Below, in pieces: positions 1-11,600 of a stretch of DNA of 64,000 nt. This stretch comes from Dicyema japonicum. Taxonomy: Eukaryota; Animalia; Dicyemida. The notes under the pieces are model-generated. The model saw only the letters and a program-made list of their open reading frames with translations, was not told the DNA's origin and ran no database searches. The position numbers and the translations under genes were made by a program. The stretch lies in assembly GCA_011109175.1 (NCBI GenBank), contig RDEW01000086.1, forward strand, positions 9,707 through 73,706, given 5' to 3'. Position 1 is the stretch's first letter, and each line of letters opens with the position of its first letter.

Positions 1-2033
1 ACCATTTTTTAACAATGAATTGGAACTAAAGCCACAGAAGGGGATTCGGAGAAAAATCTTAAAGAGTCCCACATCAACTAGTTTTTCGACTGAATTTCCC
101 GCCAACGATTTAAGTTTCACATCGAACAATATTTCACAACAATTTCTTGCCAATGATTCAAATTTAAAAAATGAAGTTGAGGTTGTTGACACCACAAATC
201 TTAGTTTGGAAGAAATTAAAGAAATTTTATTTACGACTGTAAATGTTTGCTGAATATTGTAGGATGGACACAAAAAACTGACTGATCAGCAGATTTTGCT
301 TCTTCTTAGAAATAAGCTTATACTTTCTTACAAATTGGAGAGTATTCTTGGCGACTACGAACGTGCTATTTCTATAAGGTTATTTCCTATTTATTTTTTT
401 GCTTAAAAACTTTTAGCAATTTATCATTAATTTATATAAATTTTTTGGTATGTCTATTTTAAATATTGTATCACTGTGGCTCATGAAATATAGTCTTGGT
501 TAGTTAGTTCCTCACTAACATGTAGGAGGCCGTTGTCACCAAGTGTCCATCTGAAAGTGCTCGGCGCTCCTGCTAGTCCTGTATAATTTTGGTTATGTTG
601 ACATAGCTCTTATATTCCTGCTAATGCTGAATATTATTTTTTATTAAAAGTATTTATTATTTTTCTAATATTTTTATTTTCATTATAATTAAAAAAAATA
701 TTATTTGGGATACTTTCCTACATGCGACAAAATAATTTCATTTTATGACGAATTAAAATAATCATAATTTAGGCGCCAATTTATGTTGGATGATTTGTCT
801 ACAGAATCTTAACCAAACCTTCCATACATAAACTACGGTCACTACAACATTGTACTTGTGTAAATTAGTCTTAGGTGGATGGAGCCTGCTGTGAGAACGT
901 TATAGGCTATATGCCTGTACCACTAGGAGTGTGTGGTCCCCTGTTACTGGATGGGGTCAAATATATGGTCCCCTTAGCAACAACTGAAGGCTGTCTGGTT
1001 GCTAGTGTGAATAGAGGAATGAGAGCCCTCACTTTTGGAGTCACATCAGTCCTCTCAATGACGAAATGACACGTGCTCCTGTTGTCAAATTTGACTCTGT
1101 TTCGAAGACCAATGAGTTCAAGCTGTGGTTGGAAGATAACTTTCAAGCTGTGGCCGATATTTTTAGCCAAAATAGTCGCTTCTGTCGACTGAAACGTATT
1201 TTCACCCGCCAAGCTGGTCGATTGTTGTACATTCGATTCTCAGCATCCACCGGTGACGCAATGGGAATGAATATGATCTCTAAATGTGCTGAAGTTGCTC
1301 TGAAGATCATAAAGGAGGAATTTTTTCCAACAATGAGAGTGATTAGTTTAAGCGGGAATTTTTGTTCGGATAAAAAGTCCGCTTCAATTAACTGGTAGAA
1401 TTATTAGACATTAATATTAGGATTGAAGGACGGGGGAAGTCCGTAGTTTGTGAGGCGGTGGTACCCGCTTCTGTTGTTTCAACTGTGCTGAAGACTACTG
1501 TGGAGAGTCTGGTGGAGCTTAATGAAGTAAAGAATCTGATTGGCTCATCCTTGGCCGGTGCTGTAGGTGGATATAATGCACATGCGGCCAATATTGTGAC
1601 GGCTTTGTACATTGCCACTGGTCAGGACCCTGCTCAGAATATTTCGTCATCAAACTGCCTGACTCTGCTTGAGTTTGGGGGAAAATCTGGACAGGATTTA
1701 CTGATCAGTTGTACTATGCCTTCCATTGAGTGTGGAACTGTGGGAGGTGGGACTATTTTACCTCCACAAAAATCTGCGCTAAATGTAAGGCCGTTTTTAT
1801 TTTCATTAGATGATGGGAGTTGCTGGAGCACGTCCTGGCGAATATGGCTCAAATGCCAGACAGTATGCGAGGATTGTATGTGCTACCGTTTTAGCGGGGG
1901 AACTATCACTTTTATCTGCCCTTTCGTCTGGTCATTTAGTCCAAGGTCATATGCGATATAATAGGTGATTTTTTGTGGCGATTTTTATAGGTCACAAGCT
2001 AACATTAACCTGTCTTGTCTTAACTTAAACTAA
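1..2033 (+). CDS. HMGCR: Class I HMG-CoA reductase, 5'-partial (linker plus catalytic domain), 6 introns
   Basis: Spliced translation gives [112 protein letters not shown] and GHMRYNRS. GT-AG introns at 239-262, 379-772, 852-874, 1395-1420, 1785-1809 and 1965-1990. Stop TAA at 2031-2033. One in-frame TAA (810-812) and one 1-nt frameshift (about 1045-1050) are probably sequence errors. Confidence 0.97.
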
Positions 2034-2045
2034 CAGTATTATTTT

Positions 2046-2057
2046 AATAAATTTATT
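2046..2057. terminator. Palindromic bidirectional poly(A) signal AATAAA/TTTATT between convergent genes
   Basis: AATAAATTTATT is a perfect 12-bp palindrome 12 nt after the HMGCR stop and 17 nt from a minus-strand TAG at 2075-2077. Confidence 0.6.
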
Positions 2058-2074
2058 ATTTACTTTTAAAATAA

Positions 2075-2890
2075 CTACAATTTGTCTATCTTAGCTGAGA
2101 CTTCCGTCTCAATTGTGTAAATTGTCGACACATCTGATCTCTTTAAGATCATTGATTCCTTCAGAACACCGGTCTTTGGAAATTGAGGAAAATTCTTAAT
2201 TCATACTAAATGGTCGAAATTATAAGTAATGACGTACCATATTGGACAAAATGTCTTAATCGCTTAAAAATCAAATTTATAACATGTAATTTTGCAAACA
2301 AATTATAACATTCTGCAAAAATTAGTTTTAATCAATCACAAGTTTCAATTTATTATCATCAATTTGAATAAACTTGTATTTATGTAATTGATAGTCACGT
2401 CATTATTGACGATATAAAAACCAATTTACTTTGAATATAAAATTAGGTTGTCTCCTGCAATCCGTAGAAAAAAACTATCCACAGAAATATGCAAGCAACA
2501 TTACTGAAAAGAACTTCAAAGTAAAGCCTACTGCATAAGAGACCAACGACGAGAACTGATGGAAATCTAGGGAGGGGGAAGCGGAATATAAGATAAAGTA
2601 CGGTTTGGTTGATAACAATGCCAAACGGGAGAACTAGTTAACTGTAAACTTTAAAAATTTACATTGATGTATAATCCAAGACGTTTCTCCGTGAAGGAGA
2701 GTTGTCGACTTGCCACGTCCTCCATTTCATCTTCGTTAAGATCAATCGACATGACATCACCAATCTGAGTCGCTCGATCCGAAGAGGAATTGTGCTTTGA
2801 AAACTCGAAATTTTGTCCCTTGGCACACGTTTTGTGAGTCTTCCTGTGCGATTCACTGACAAGAAAATAATAGTAAAGAATTTTCTAAAA
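2075..2890 (-). CDS. Unidentified, probably multi-pass membrane protein (3' exons), with micro-introns
   Basis: Minus-strand open frame KILYYYFLVSESHRK...IGDVMSIDLNEDEMEDVASRQLSFTEKRLGLYIN, then a GT-AG intron (gtaaatttttaaagtttacagttaactag), then FSRLALLSTKPYFILYSASPSLDFHQFSSLVSYAVGFTLKFFSVMLLAYFCG (hydrophobic). Last exon ends ...ETEVSAKIDKL-TAG next to a poly(A) signal. The exon structure of the 3' part is not fully resolved. Confidence 0.45.
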
Positions 2891-2949
2891 TCTTCACTAA
2901 GGGATGGAGACGAAGACACCTGAAATAGAATAATTTCCAGTTTTTATAT

Positions 2950-3150
2950 TATTATTAATAAACCAAAAACAATTAAACCAGAACTAAGCAAGTAATCTCG
3001 ACAGGAATCAGTAATGGCACTGGTTGCTCCTTTAAACTTACAATACTCTCTGCTGCCTTCTAAATCGTGACAGTCTGTATTTCTCCAGCATTGTTGAAGA
3101 ATAAATTATGGTCTTGTATAAGACACAACAATCCTTCAGATCTTGGAGAA
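2950..3150 (-). mobile_element. Degenerate LINE 3' fragment with (TAA)n-like tail
   Basis: Higher-GC block ending in ttaataataat on the minus strand, resembling the RTE 3' ends elsewhere in the window. Confidence 0.35.
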
Positions 3151-3162
3151 TTGTTTCCAGTT

Positions 3163-3345
3163 TTTATTTTTATTTATTTATTAACCCCGGATACATCGAG
3201 AAAGAAGTTAAAATAAACAACTAATTAAGTGTATCCAGTCTCCACTTCCACAGAAAGAGTCCACCCAGAATCAGCATAAAGGGTAAAAGACGCCCATACT
3301 TGCAGTTGTGGAAACCCCTCCAATAAAGTGGGGTTTCCAAGTGAT
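3163..3345 (-). mobile_element. SINE-like family A, 5'-truncated copy
   Basis: Reverse complement aligns with the 3' half of 5383-5656, 19442-19760 and 51623-51952 (ttaaccccggatacatcgagaaagaag...cagcataaagggtaaaagacg...gcagttgtggaaacccctcca). Confidence 0.85.
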
Positions 3346-3545
3346 AACAACTGAGATGATTCACTTAAATAGCAAATTAATGTAAAATATGAAAATTAGA
3401 ATAATATGCAATTTAACTTCAAATATTGCGAATTTGTATTATAATAATATTTTATGGTAAATTAATTAAAACATGAAAATTAGAATAAATTTATAAATAA
3501 TAATCAATAAAATTATAAAATAGAAACTTTTAACTGCGCAAATAA

Positions 3546-4447
3546 ATGGGTTCATTCCATAATTTTAGATGCCCAAACAGTTTCGCACCTAATAATTGTG
3601 AAAAACCCATAATTGTAGGAAAATGTGAATTTTGCGATTATTTCTATTATCAAAATTTTAATAGCAGTAAATTAATTTTAAAAAATTAAAGTAGATGGTT
3701 TCTTTCATCCAGAGGATTCGAATCAAAATGCAATTCATCGTGATGTGGGGAAACAAACAGAACAGGGAGATTTCCAATATTCAAATTTAATAAATTACGA
3801 ACAAGTTGAAAATGAAGAAAATACATGGGAATACCAATTTTCGTGAGATAAGTATAATTTATAGGAATTTCGAACATTATCCACAAAGCGAGAATTCTGA
3901 AATGTTTTCAAATAATTGTTTTGATCCACAAAATTTATATTTTTTAGAAATTCGGGGGATTCAAATTTGGCAATTTTCCACAAATTCAGAGCAGTTTAAT
4001 TTATCAACATTAGATTAAGATAATACGACACTAAATCACGAACTAAATTCAAAAAATTATTTTGGCGAAAAATTAATTCCAAATGAAAAAACTACGATAT
4101 CTCAAAAATTAGAGAAAATAAATCGACGCCGAAAATGCAAATTTTGTGGAATTACCTTTACAAATATTGACATTTTGCCTGCTCACATTAATCAATTTCA
4201 TCATAATTTAAAACCTTATGTGTGCATCACATGTAGTAGTACATTTACAACAATGGCCGCTCTACATAAGCATAAAAATACTCATTCCAATGTAAAACGA
4301 TTTTTCTGTTCATTTTGTAAAAAACAATTCACTCAAAACGGAAATATGCACAGGCATATTCGGATGATGCATTTGGGGAAAATATCGGTAAGCGAATATA
4401 AGAGATTTACCAGGAATAATAAAATTGAAGAATTCAATAAAATTTAA
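3546..4447 (+). CDS. C2H2 zinc-finger protein with three C-terminal fingers
   Basis: ATG at 3546; introns 3667-3694 (28 nt) and 3843-3864 (22 nt) give a continuous frame. Fingers: CKFCGITFTNIDILPAHINQFH, CITCSSTFTTMAALHKHKNTH, CSFCKKQFTQNGNMHRHIRMMH. The TAA at 4016-4018 may lie in a further micro-intron. The 3' end may be spliced at 4388. Confidence 0.85.
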
Positions 4448-4699
4448 AGATCATTTTCTTTAAATCCTTTTCATATTCCCGTTATATTCTTAAATAATAT
4501 TTGTCTTTTATTTATTCTCAACCGAGAAATCCTTAATAGAAAGCATTTTTGATAAAACAAAAATAATTTATACTCTTTGCCGAGGATACGGTTTATCTCA
4601 GAATAAATGAGAAGTTCGAAATCTCTTTACTTATGACGACAAACGCCAGCTTCGACTTTTAGGGAAGTTATGGTTAATATTTAATTTAAAAGATGCCAA

Positions 4700-4870
4700 G
4701 AAAAGTGGAGTCTTCGGGTCCGAGACAGTCTCTTTTCTAAGATCGCTTAGGTCAATGATTTCGAAAGTTAGTACTGAGCGTCGGGAAACCGAATGGTTGT
4801 TCCAAACGATTTCTCTTGCAGTTGTCAGTGGAAACATCCATTCTATACTATCGGCTGGATTATTTTGATT
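4700..4870 (+). mobile_element. CRE-clade non-LTR retrotransposon, 3' fragment
   Basis: Aligns with 8395-8555 (SGVFGPETVSFL...RRETEWLFQTISLAVVSGNIHSILSAG). Confidence 0.75.
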
Positions 4871-5382
4871 GTCTTGTTTTTTAATAAATTGTTTTATGCA
4901 TTCTTTAACAAAAGAACAGATTTGCCATATTGAATTTGATAAACTAAAAACGCATAGTTTTTCACACGGAGAGATACTCTTTTGAACAAAAATATTCTCA
5001 AACAGTGGTGTATAAAAAATTTAAAATCTATATTCTCAAAACAATGAAACCTTTTAAACGTCTGCTTGTCAAAACTCCATAATAATATAAAGTGTAGGAC
5101 ATCAGGAAGGAGATGGGAGACTTCAGTAATGTCCAGGCCGCTAAGGCGGACTAGTTAAGACCCTGTATACCTAACTAGTAATCCGGTTTTGTAGTAAAGT
5201 TTTTTAGTTTTCGGTTTCAACAGGAACGGTATGTGTGCAATTTTGAGCCACGAGGCTATACAATTAAGTATAAAATCTACCAATTTTTAGCGGACATTGT
5301 GATTCAAACATAGTTTTATAGGATTTCTTTAGAGTTTATAAACATTTCCGTCTTATGTCATTTAAGACAGATATAAAAATTG

Positions 5383-5656
5383 AACCACGTGGCGCCATGT
5401 AGTGCTGCGTGGCTAATTGGTTGAAGTTTTTTGTTTGCTTGTCTGTTCCTCTTCTCTTCCTATTAGAGTGGCGTCATGTGATCCATTTGTCTAGGTGGCG
5501 CCCATTGTCTGGCTGGCACGAAAAAGGATCATTTGTTTTCCCCCACTCCACTGGAGGGGTTTCCACAACTGCAATTATGACGTCTTTTACCCTTTATGTT
5601 GATTGGATGCACTTAACTAGTTGTTTACTTTCACTTCTTTCTCGGTGTATCCGGGA
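5383..5656 (+). mobile_element. SINE-like family A
   Basis: Begins aaccacgtggcgccatgtag and ends tctcggtgtatccggg; colinear with 19442-19760 and with the reverse complement of 51623-51952. Confidence 0.9.
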
Positions 5657-5697
5657 AGACATATTCGAAATAATCAAATTATATTAACTTCCTTTAA

Positions 5698-5860
5698 TTG
5701 GTTGACGAGTAACGCCTTCATTAGTGTTTTATCACTGCAGAACCGGATCTTCTTGGACTCGCATACAAGTAAAAAAGAAAAGAACGAAATATCAACATAT
5801 TTAATGCTTGGATTAATAAACATGACTGTTTTTACTTCTTCAATAAACTATGAGTTTCTC
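5698..5860 (+). mobile_element. SINE family B body, diverged copy
   Basis: ggttgacgagtaacgccttcattagtg...cactgcagaaccggat...caagtaaaaaagaaaag...actgtttttactt aligns with 16627-16790 and 61910-62070. Confidence 0.65.
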
Positions 5861-7529
5861 CTGAGCTGATGTTTAATTATGTAATATTACTTAAGGCAAG
5901 GCTGTTATTAGGTAAGGTGGTGACAGCTTCTATTGTAATTGAAAGCACCCAGTATTTTTATTTTATTTAAACGATCCATATTGAATGTATTAGACATGTG
6001 TTGAACACGTTAAATTAATGATCAATGCATTTAAGGTATTTTCCACGTTAAAATTCAAATTATAATAAACAATTAAATTTTAAGAAAGTGATAGAAAAAA
6101 ATAATTATCAAAACATTAGCCTTTCCACTAAAAAATATAATATTTTTATTTAAATCAACTTTCAACACCAATTGCTCTCAACCTTTTTTTTCGCCGCCCA
6201 TTAGAAATATCATTGCCATGAGAAAACTCAACTTTTAGAATTTTATTAAATTAATAACTCATTTATTTATTTTGATCGTTGACGACTAGGATTATTGAAA
6301 AATTCAATAATCGTGTCTATTAGCCAACATTTCAATATCAGGCATTATTCAACTTAAATTAAATACATTGATAACCAGCGAACCTAAATAAGTCAATTTA
6401 ATTTTTAAACCTCAGTCTGAAATAATAGAAGCACCTACATGCACATAATTTTGGAAACAAAATTAAACTAATTCTCTATGTTGTTTTCCGTAAGAATTCA
6501 AAAATATCTCTATACCATGTGATACTAAAATAAGATAAAAATTATTTTTTGCACAAATCCAAAATAAGGAGAAAGAATATTGGTCTTCCGTTAAATAGGT
6601 CGAAAATTTATCACTAAAAAATGCAAAATAAGAATTTTGATATCAATAGAGACCAGATTGTATTTATTTCCAAAATTTTTTTCTCAAAATATGGTAAGAG
6701 TAATTGGTGGTATCTCAGAGACGACATGGAATTAACTCCTCACTAAGAATAGTCGACAATTTAGTTTTTATATTTGTGGTGTTAAACACGAGATTTTTGA
6801 CTTAGAGAATAACAATTAACAACCCCTTTTTGCTTTCAATATATCAATTCAAACTGCTCAGAATCCACTATAGCCATATAGATCTTCCATACGACCAGTT
6901 ATCGATCGATGTGTCACGATAAAGCCATAGCGGTCTACTGCATCATCACAGCTTGGTGTGGGAACACTTTAAAAAAGCGTTCTCTCAAGACAACCTCAAG
7001 AAATGATCCCTAGAAGTATAGTCTTAACATTTTTTAAATTACACAACTGAGCAGATTTTTCCAACTTTCAGCATGCAAGAAATATTATGATGTCCTTTAA
7101 ACTCGCTTTAGCTATTTCTGTTAAATGCTTTAATTAATTATTAACATTATATATAGATTAAAATATTTTTAAATCAGTTATTTTTAATAATTAACTTAAG
7201 TTAGTACGCAAAGTCAGTTGTTATGACAAAATTTCATTATGGTCTGCATCATTGACTAACGCAATGGACTTACCTTTATGATCAAGAGCCAATGTTTTGG
7301 AGGAGCCATCGCTCGCTTTTTAATCGACTTTTCTTTGCATTAATCTACGAACAAGAATAAGGTAGATAGCTTTTGTTTGTACTCGATGCATTTTCAAAGC
7401 TTGGAAGTAAAATTCAGATATTATCCTTACTACATTGTCAGTTAGGAGAGTACAGTTGAAGTTTTGGCTCTAACGGATATGTTATTTCAGATTCTCGAGA
7501 CTACTTGGAAAGAAAGATCAAAACAACTA

Positions 7530-8555
7530 ATTAATTAATCCTAATTCTAACAAGATCCAACTGAATTTGTCAAAATGTATTACTAATGTCGAATTCGACG
7601 AACAAGGATGGGAACAAGCAACCTTGCCCGTTCGCTTTGGTGGACTCGGAATTCTCTCACCATCTGATTTAGCACACCCGGCATATCAATCCTCATTGAC
7701 TCCAATCAGAATTTGATCATGATGATTCTCCAGCTCCCATCAGAGTCGTCAAAGATCGAAGATTTGGTACACCCTAAAGTCAAACAACTCGGGCAGAGAC
7801 CTTTATGAGTCTGTTTGCGAGGATAAATACGAGAGGCTTTTGAAAATATCTAACCAACACCGACGAGCCTGTCTTTTAACTGCAAGATGCGAGTGGAGGG
7901 GCTTGGATCAATGCCCTACCCATTGGAAATGTGGGAACTCACCTTGACGATGAAACGGTCCGCACCGGAGTTCTCCATCAGACTTGGATTGAAAGTTTGT
8001 TAACCCCATGAGTGCCGATGCGGCTGGAAGGTCGACTGCTATGGACATCATGCCCTTTCTTGTCGAAAAAGCGCAGGTCGATTCGCTAGACACAAGGCTA
8101 TAAATGAAGTGGTGAAGCGCGCCCTCGAGTTGGCGGGATACCCATCCATTCTAGAGCCAACGGGCTTGAGTAGGGATGATGGGAAGCGACCCGATGGAAT
8201 TACTGTCTTCCCCTTCTCTCGGGGCAAATGCTTAATTTGGGATGCTGCCTGTACTGACAGCTTTTCCCAGTCGAAACTTTTGAGGTCGGCAATGAAAGCG
8301 GGAGAGGCCGCCCGTTTATATGAAAACTCAAAAATAAAGAAATACAGCAGCCTCCTAAACCGTTTCCATGTACAGCCAGTGGTCGTCGAGACGAGCGGAG
8401 TCTTTGGCCCCAAGACGGTCTCTTTCCTTAGAGCACTTGGGTGTCTATTGACCAAAGCCTCGAGGGAGCGTCGGGAAACCGAGTGGCTTTTCCAAAGGAT
8501 ATCCCTGGCAGTAGTCAGAGGTAACAGCCACTCGATCATATCCGCTGGACTTTAG
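7530..8555 (+). mobile_element. CRE-clade (restriction-like endonuclease) non-LTR retrotransposon, 5'-truncated and degenerate
   Basis: WEQATLPVRFGGLGI (C-terminal to RT), zinc knuckle ECRCGWKVDCYGHHALSC, and PD-(D/E)xK-type endonuclease GKRPDGITVFPFSRGKCLIWDAACTDS...VETSGVFG...WLFQRISLAVVRGN. Stop at 8553-8555. Confidence 0.85.
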
Positions 8556-8661
8556 AACGATTTTATTGTTATAAATAAATGTCATTAATTAAGCAAATAT
8601 TAATCAATTTTTACTGATTTAGTTTAAGTAGTCAATTGAGATATAACAAAAATAAAAATCA

Positions 8662-11600
8662 ATGCAAAGTATATTAATGAAATACTTTTTAATATCCTTA
8701 ATGGATAGTTCGGCTGATAAATTCGACGATAATATCTTTGATTTAGTAAAAAACCAAAAATGGAATGAATTAGAAAATATTTTATTCCGAGAAGCTCAGT
8801 TCGACATAATCGAATTAAATGCTCAGGAAAAAGTTGATTTCATAAATAATTTTAAGCAAACTGGTTTAACTCTCTTAATGCTGGCAATCAAAGAAAATAA
8901 ATTTTCTATTGCTGAAAGGCTTATCCAACAAAACATAGACCTGAATATTCAATGCAATGTAAGCAAACCATTTAATTCATATTTATTAAAAAACTAAAAA
9001 TAGAAAGGAAAAACTGCTTTGCACTACGCTGTATTGGCTGAGACTGACGAATTCACTAAATCTTTATTATTCAGAAAAATCAGTGTATCCATTCAAGATG
9101 AAGTATTTTTTTTAATTTTTCAGGACGGGAGACTTCCTTTACATTTGGCATGCAAGAATAATAACCCCGCTAACAATTCCTCAAAATATCTGCTCAAATC
9201 ACCTACAAAGGATTTTATCGTTCAAGATAAGGTTCTTTATATAATTATTTTACGGAACGGATATATTCCGTTATTTTACGCCATCCAAAAGTCCAAAATT
9301 CAAACTTGTCGAGAATTGCTGACGCTTAACAAAAAACAGATAAAAATCCAGTCTATGGTAAAAGGGAGCATAATTTTAGACTAATGGAGACACGGCAATG
9401 CATATTGCTGCCCGTTTGGGAACTGCTGAGCTAGTTACTTTATTTCACAGTCATGGAGGAGATGTGAATTCCCTTAATGTATATTTGATGAAGATAATCG
9501 TTATTTTAGTACAACGGCGAAAATCCATTACATATTGCTGCACAAAATAAAAATTTAAATTTGGTAAAATGTTTGTTTCACTTAAATGCTTCGGCCGAAG
9601 TCTTCGATAAGGTAATTTAGTTCTCAGATTTAGATGGGGAAATCACCTCTCCACATATCTACCGAAATGGGAGACATAGAAATAGTGAAATATCTAATAA
9701 ATAAATTCAAAGCAAATATTTTTGCGAGAATTAATGACGGAAGCACTCTTTTGCACATTTCAGTAAAATTCGGGCACCATAGCCTATCGGAATTTTTATT
9801 AAAACTGGGGATGCCTCTTTACATGTCTAATAAGGTTTTCGGACTTAAATTAACTTTTTGGTTGGGGAAGTTTGCCTTCACGAAGCTGCGAGACATGGAC
9901 GCGTAAATTTAATAAAAATGCTGATGAAAAAAATTGAAAATGTTAATTTTGCAGCAAAAGTCACTTCATGTAAATATTTAAAGGACAATTATACAGCGTT
10001 GCATTTAGCCGTTGAGAATAACAAAACAGAGGCTGTTCAACTTTTACTCGGATTGGGAGCTTGTACTGAGATTTTCGCTGGAAAGGTTTATCTTAAATTG
10101 AAAGTTCAGCTGAGAGAATCCGCTTTGCATATTAATGCAAGAGTATCTAATGGAGAAAAATGTACTGAACTTTTGATAAATTCTGGCGCCAACGTTAATG
10201 CTGTAAATGAAGTTCAATATGACCTTATTTATTAAAGAATGGAGAAACAGCACTTCACATCTCAATTAGAAGTAACAATTTGAGTGTTTTCCGAATATTG
10301 ATGAAAGAGAACGTGGATTGCGCTGCTCAAAGCAAAGTACCATCCACGTTCATTTTGGCAGAATGGAGATTCACCTCTACACATTGCTATAAGAAAGTCT
10401 CGTTTGGATATTTTAAAGGAACTAATTTCAAAATTAAAAAAAACTCATAAACGTTCAAGTTTTTTGCCAATCATAAATCTTCAAAACTTTGTATTCAGCA
10501 ACTTTGAATTTTAGGAAGGCGAGACTGTACTGCATTTAGCATGCGAACAAGGCATATCAAGGAAAATTTGATCAAACGGATATAATTTTGCTCCTTTTAG
10601 AAAATGGCGCAAATTGCGCAATTGAAACAAAATTAGTTATTTTCATTCAATTTTTAGACTTTGGAATCTCCCTTACATTACTGTGCTAGAAGTGGGAACA
10701 AAAATATTCTGTTAGAAATACTCCACTATTTAGATTTAAATTCCATTCAGTCTATTATTAATAAACCAGCAAAAGTAGAAAATTTAAAAAAAAACTAGAA
10801 TGGCTGGACTCCTCTTTATTATGCCTGTGAAATCGGCCGTCGAGAAGTTGTGAAAATTTTACTAAAATACTTCTCACGAGTCGATGCTATTGACACAGTA
10901 TTTGATTAGCTTTATAGCCAGTTGGGGCAGTCATCGATTCATCTAGCAAGCGCAAAGGGGCATAGAAAAATTATACAAGAATTACTCACAAAAAATTCAT
11001 TTTTGATTTCCGCTCCAAAAACGGTTTTACCCCTCTTCACTTTGCTGCCAAGAATGGGCATCATCACATCATTGAATGGCTAGTAAACAAATGCAAAGCG
11101 TCTCTGGAAATAAATTCTCTCGTAATTAATATTTACAACTTACAGAATAAGCAAACATCCTTGCATTTGGCTGCGAATTCGGGGCAAATGGTTACTTGCA
11201 AAATGCTGGTGAAGCTAGGATCCAATATTAATGCTAAAGACGCAGTAATAAGGTTTATTTTTGCTAGAATGGCTCGACCCCTTTACACTTGGCTGCCGAA
11301 AATGACCATGACAACATTGTAAAATTTTTCATAGAATTAAAATCTGATTTAATTTTCAACTTAGATAATGTACTGGAAAGTTTAATTTAACATAGAATAA
11401 CAACACGTGTGCACATATCGCAGCATTCCACGGAAGCTACAAAACAATCAGCGATTTGCTTATTTTGAACAAGAAAGCTGTTATATCAGCCTTAAACAAG
11501 GTAAATGTAGCTTTATCTTAGACAAACGACTGGACCCCACTTCATTGCGCTGCTAGCAAAGGTCATAAAAATGTCGTTAGTGCGCTAATTGATTCTGGAG

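Noticed and set aside
907-1852. Minus-strand ORFs 907-1212, 1388-1618 and 1634-1852, and similar ORFs 8048-8539, 12517-12834 and 40636-40890
   Set aside because: They are antisense shadows of real coding regions with no recognisable motifs.
875-1960. Higher GC of the HMGCR exons as a sign of horizontal transfer or contamination
   Set aside because: The gene has the same 23-26 nt introns as its neighbours, so it belongs to this genome.
10552-10561. A 10-nt GC-AG intron (gcatatcaag) that would fix the first TRPN frameshift
   Set aside because: It is far below the 21-nt minimum of the confidently placed introns, and ankyrin repeat 14 normally carries an insertion here. A one-base error is simpler. 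A cDNA check is still worthwhile.
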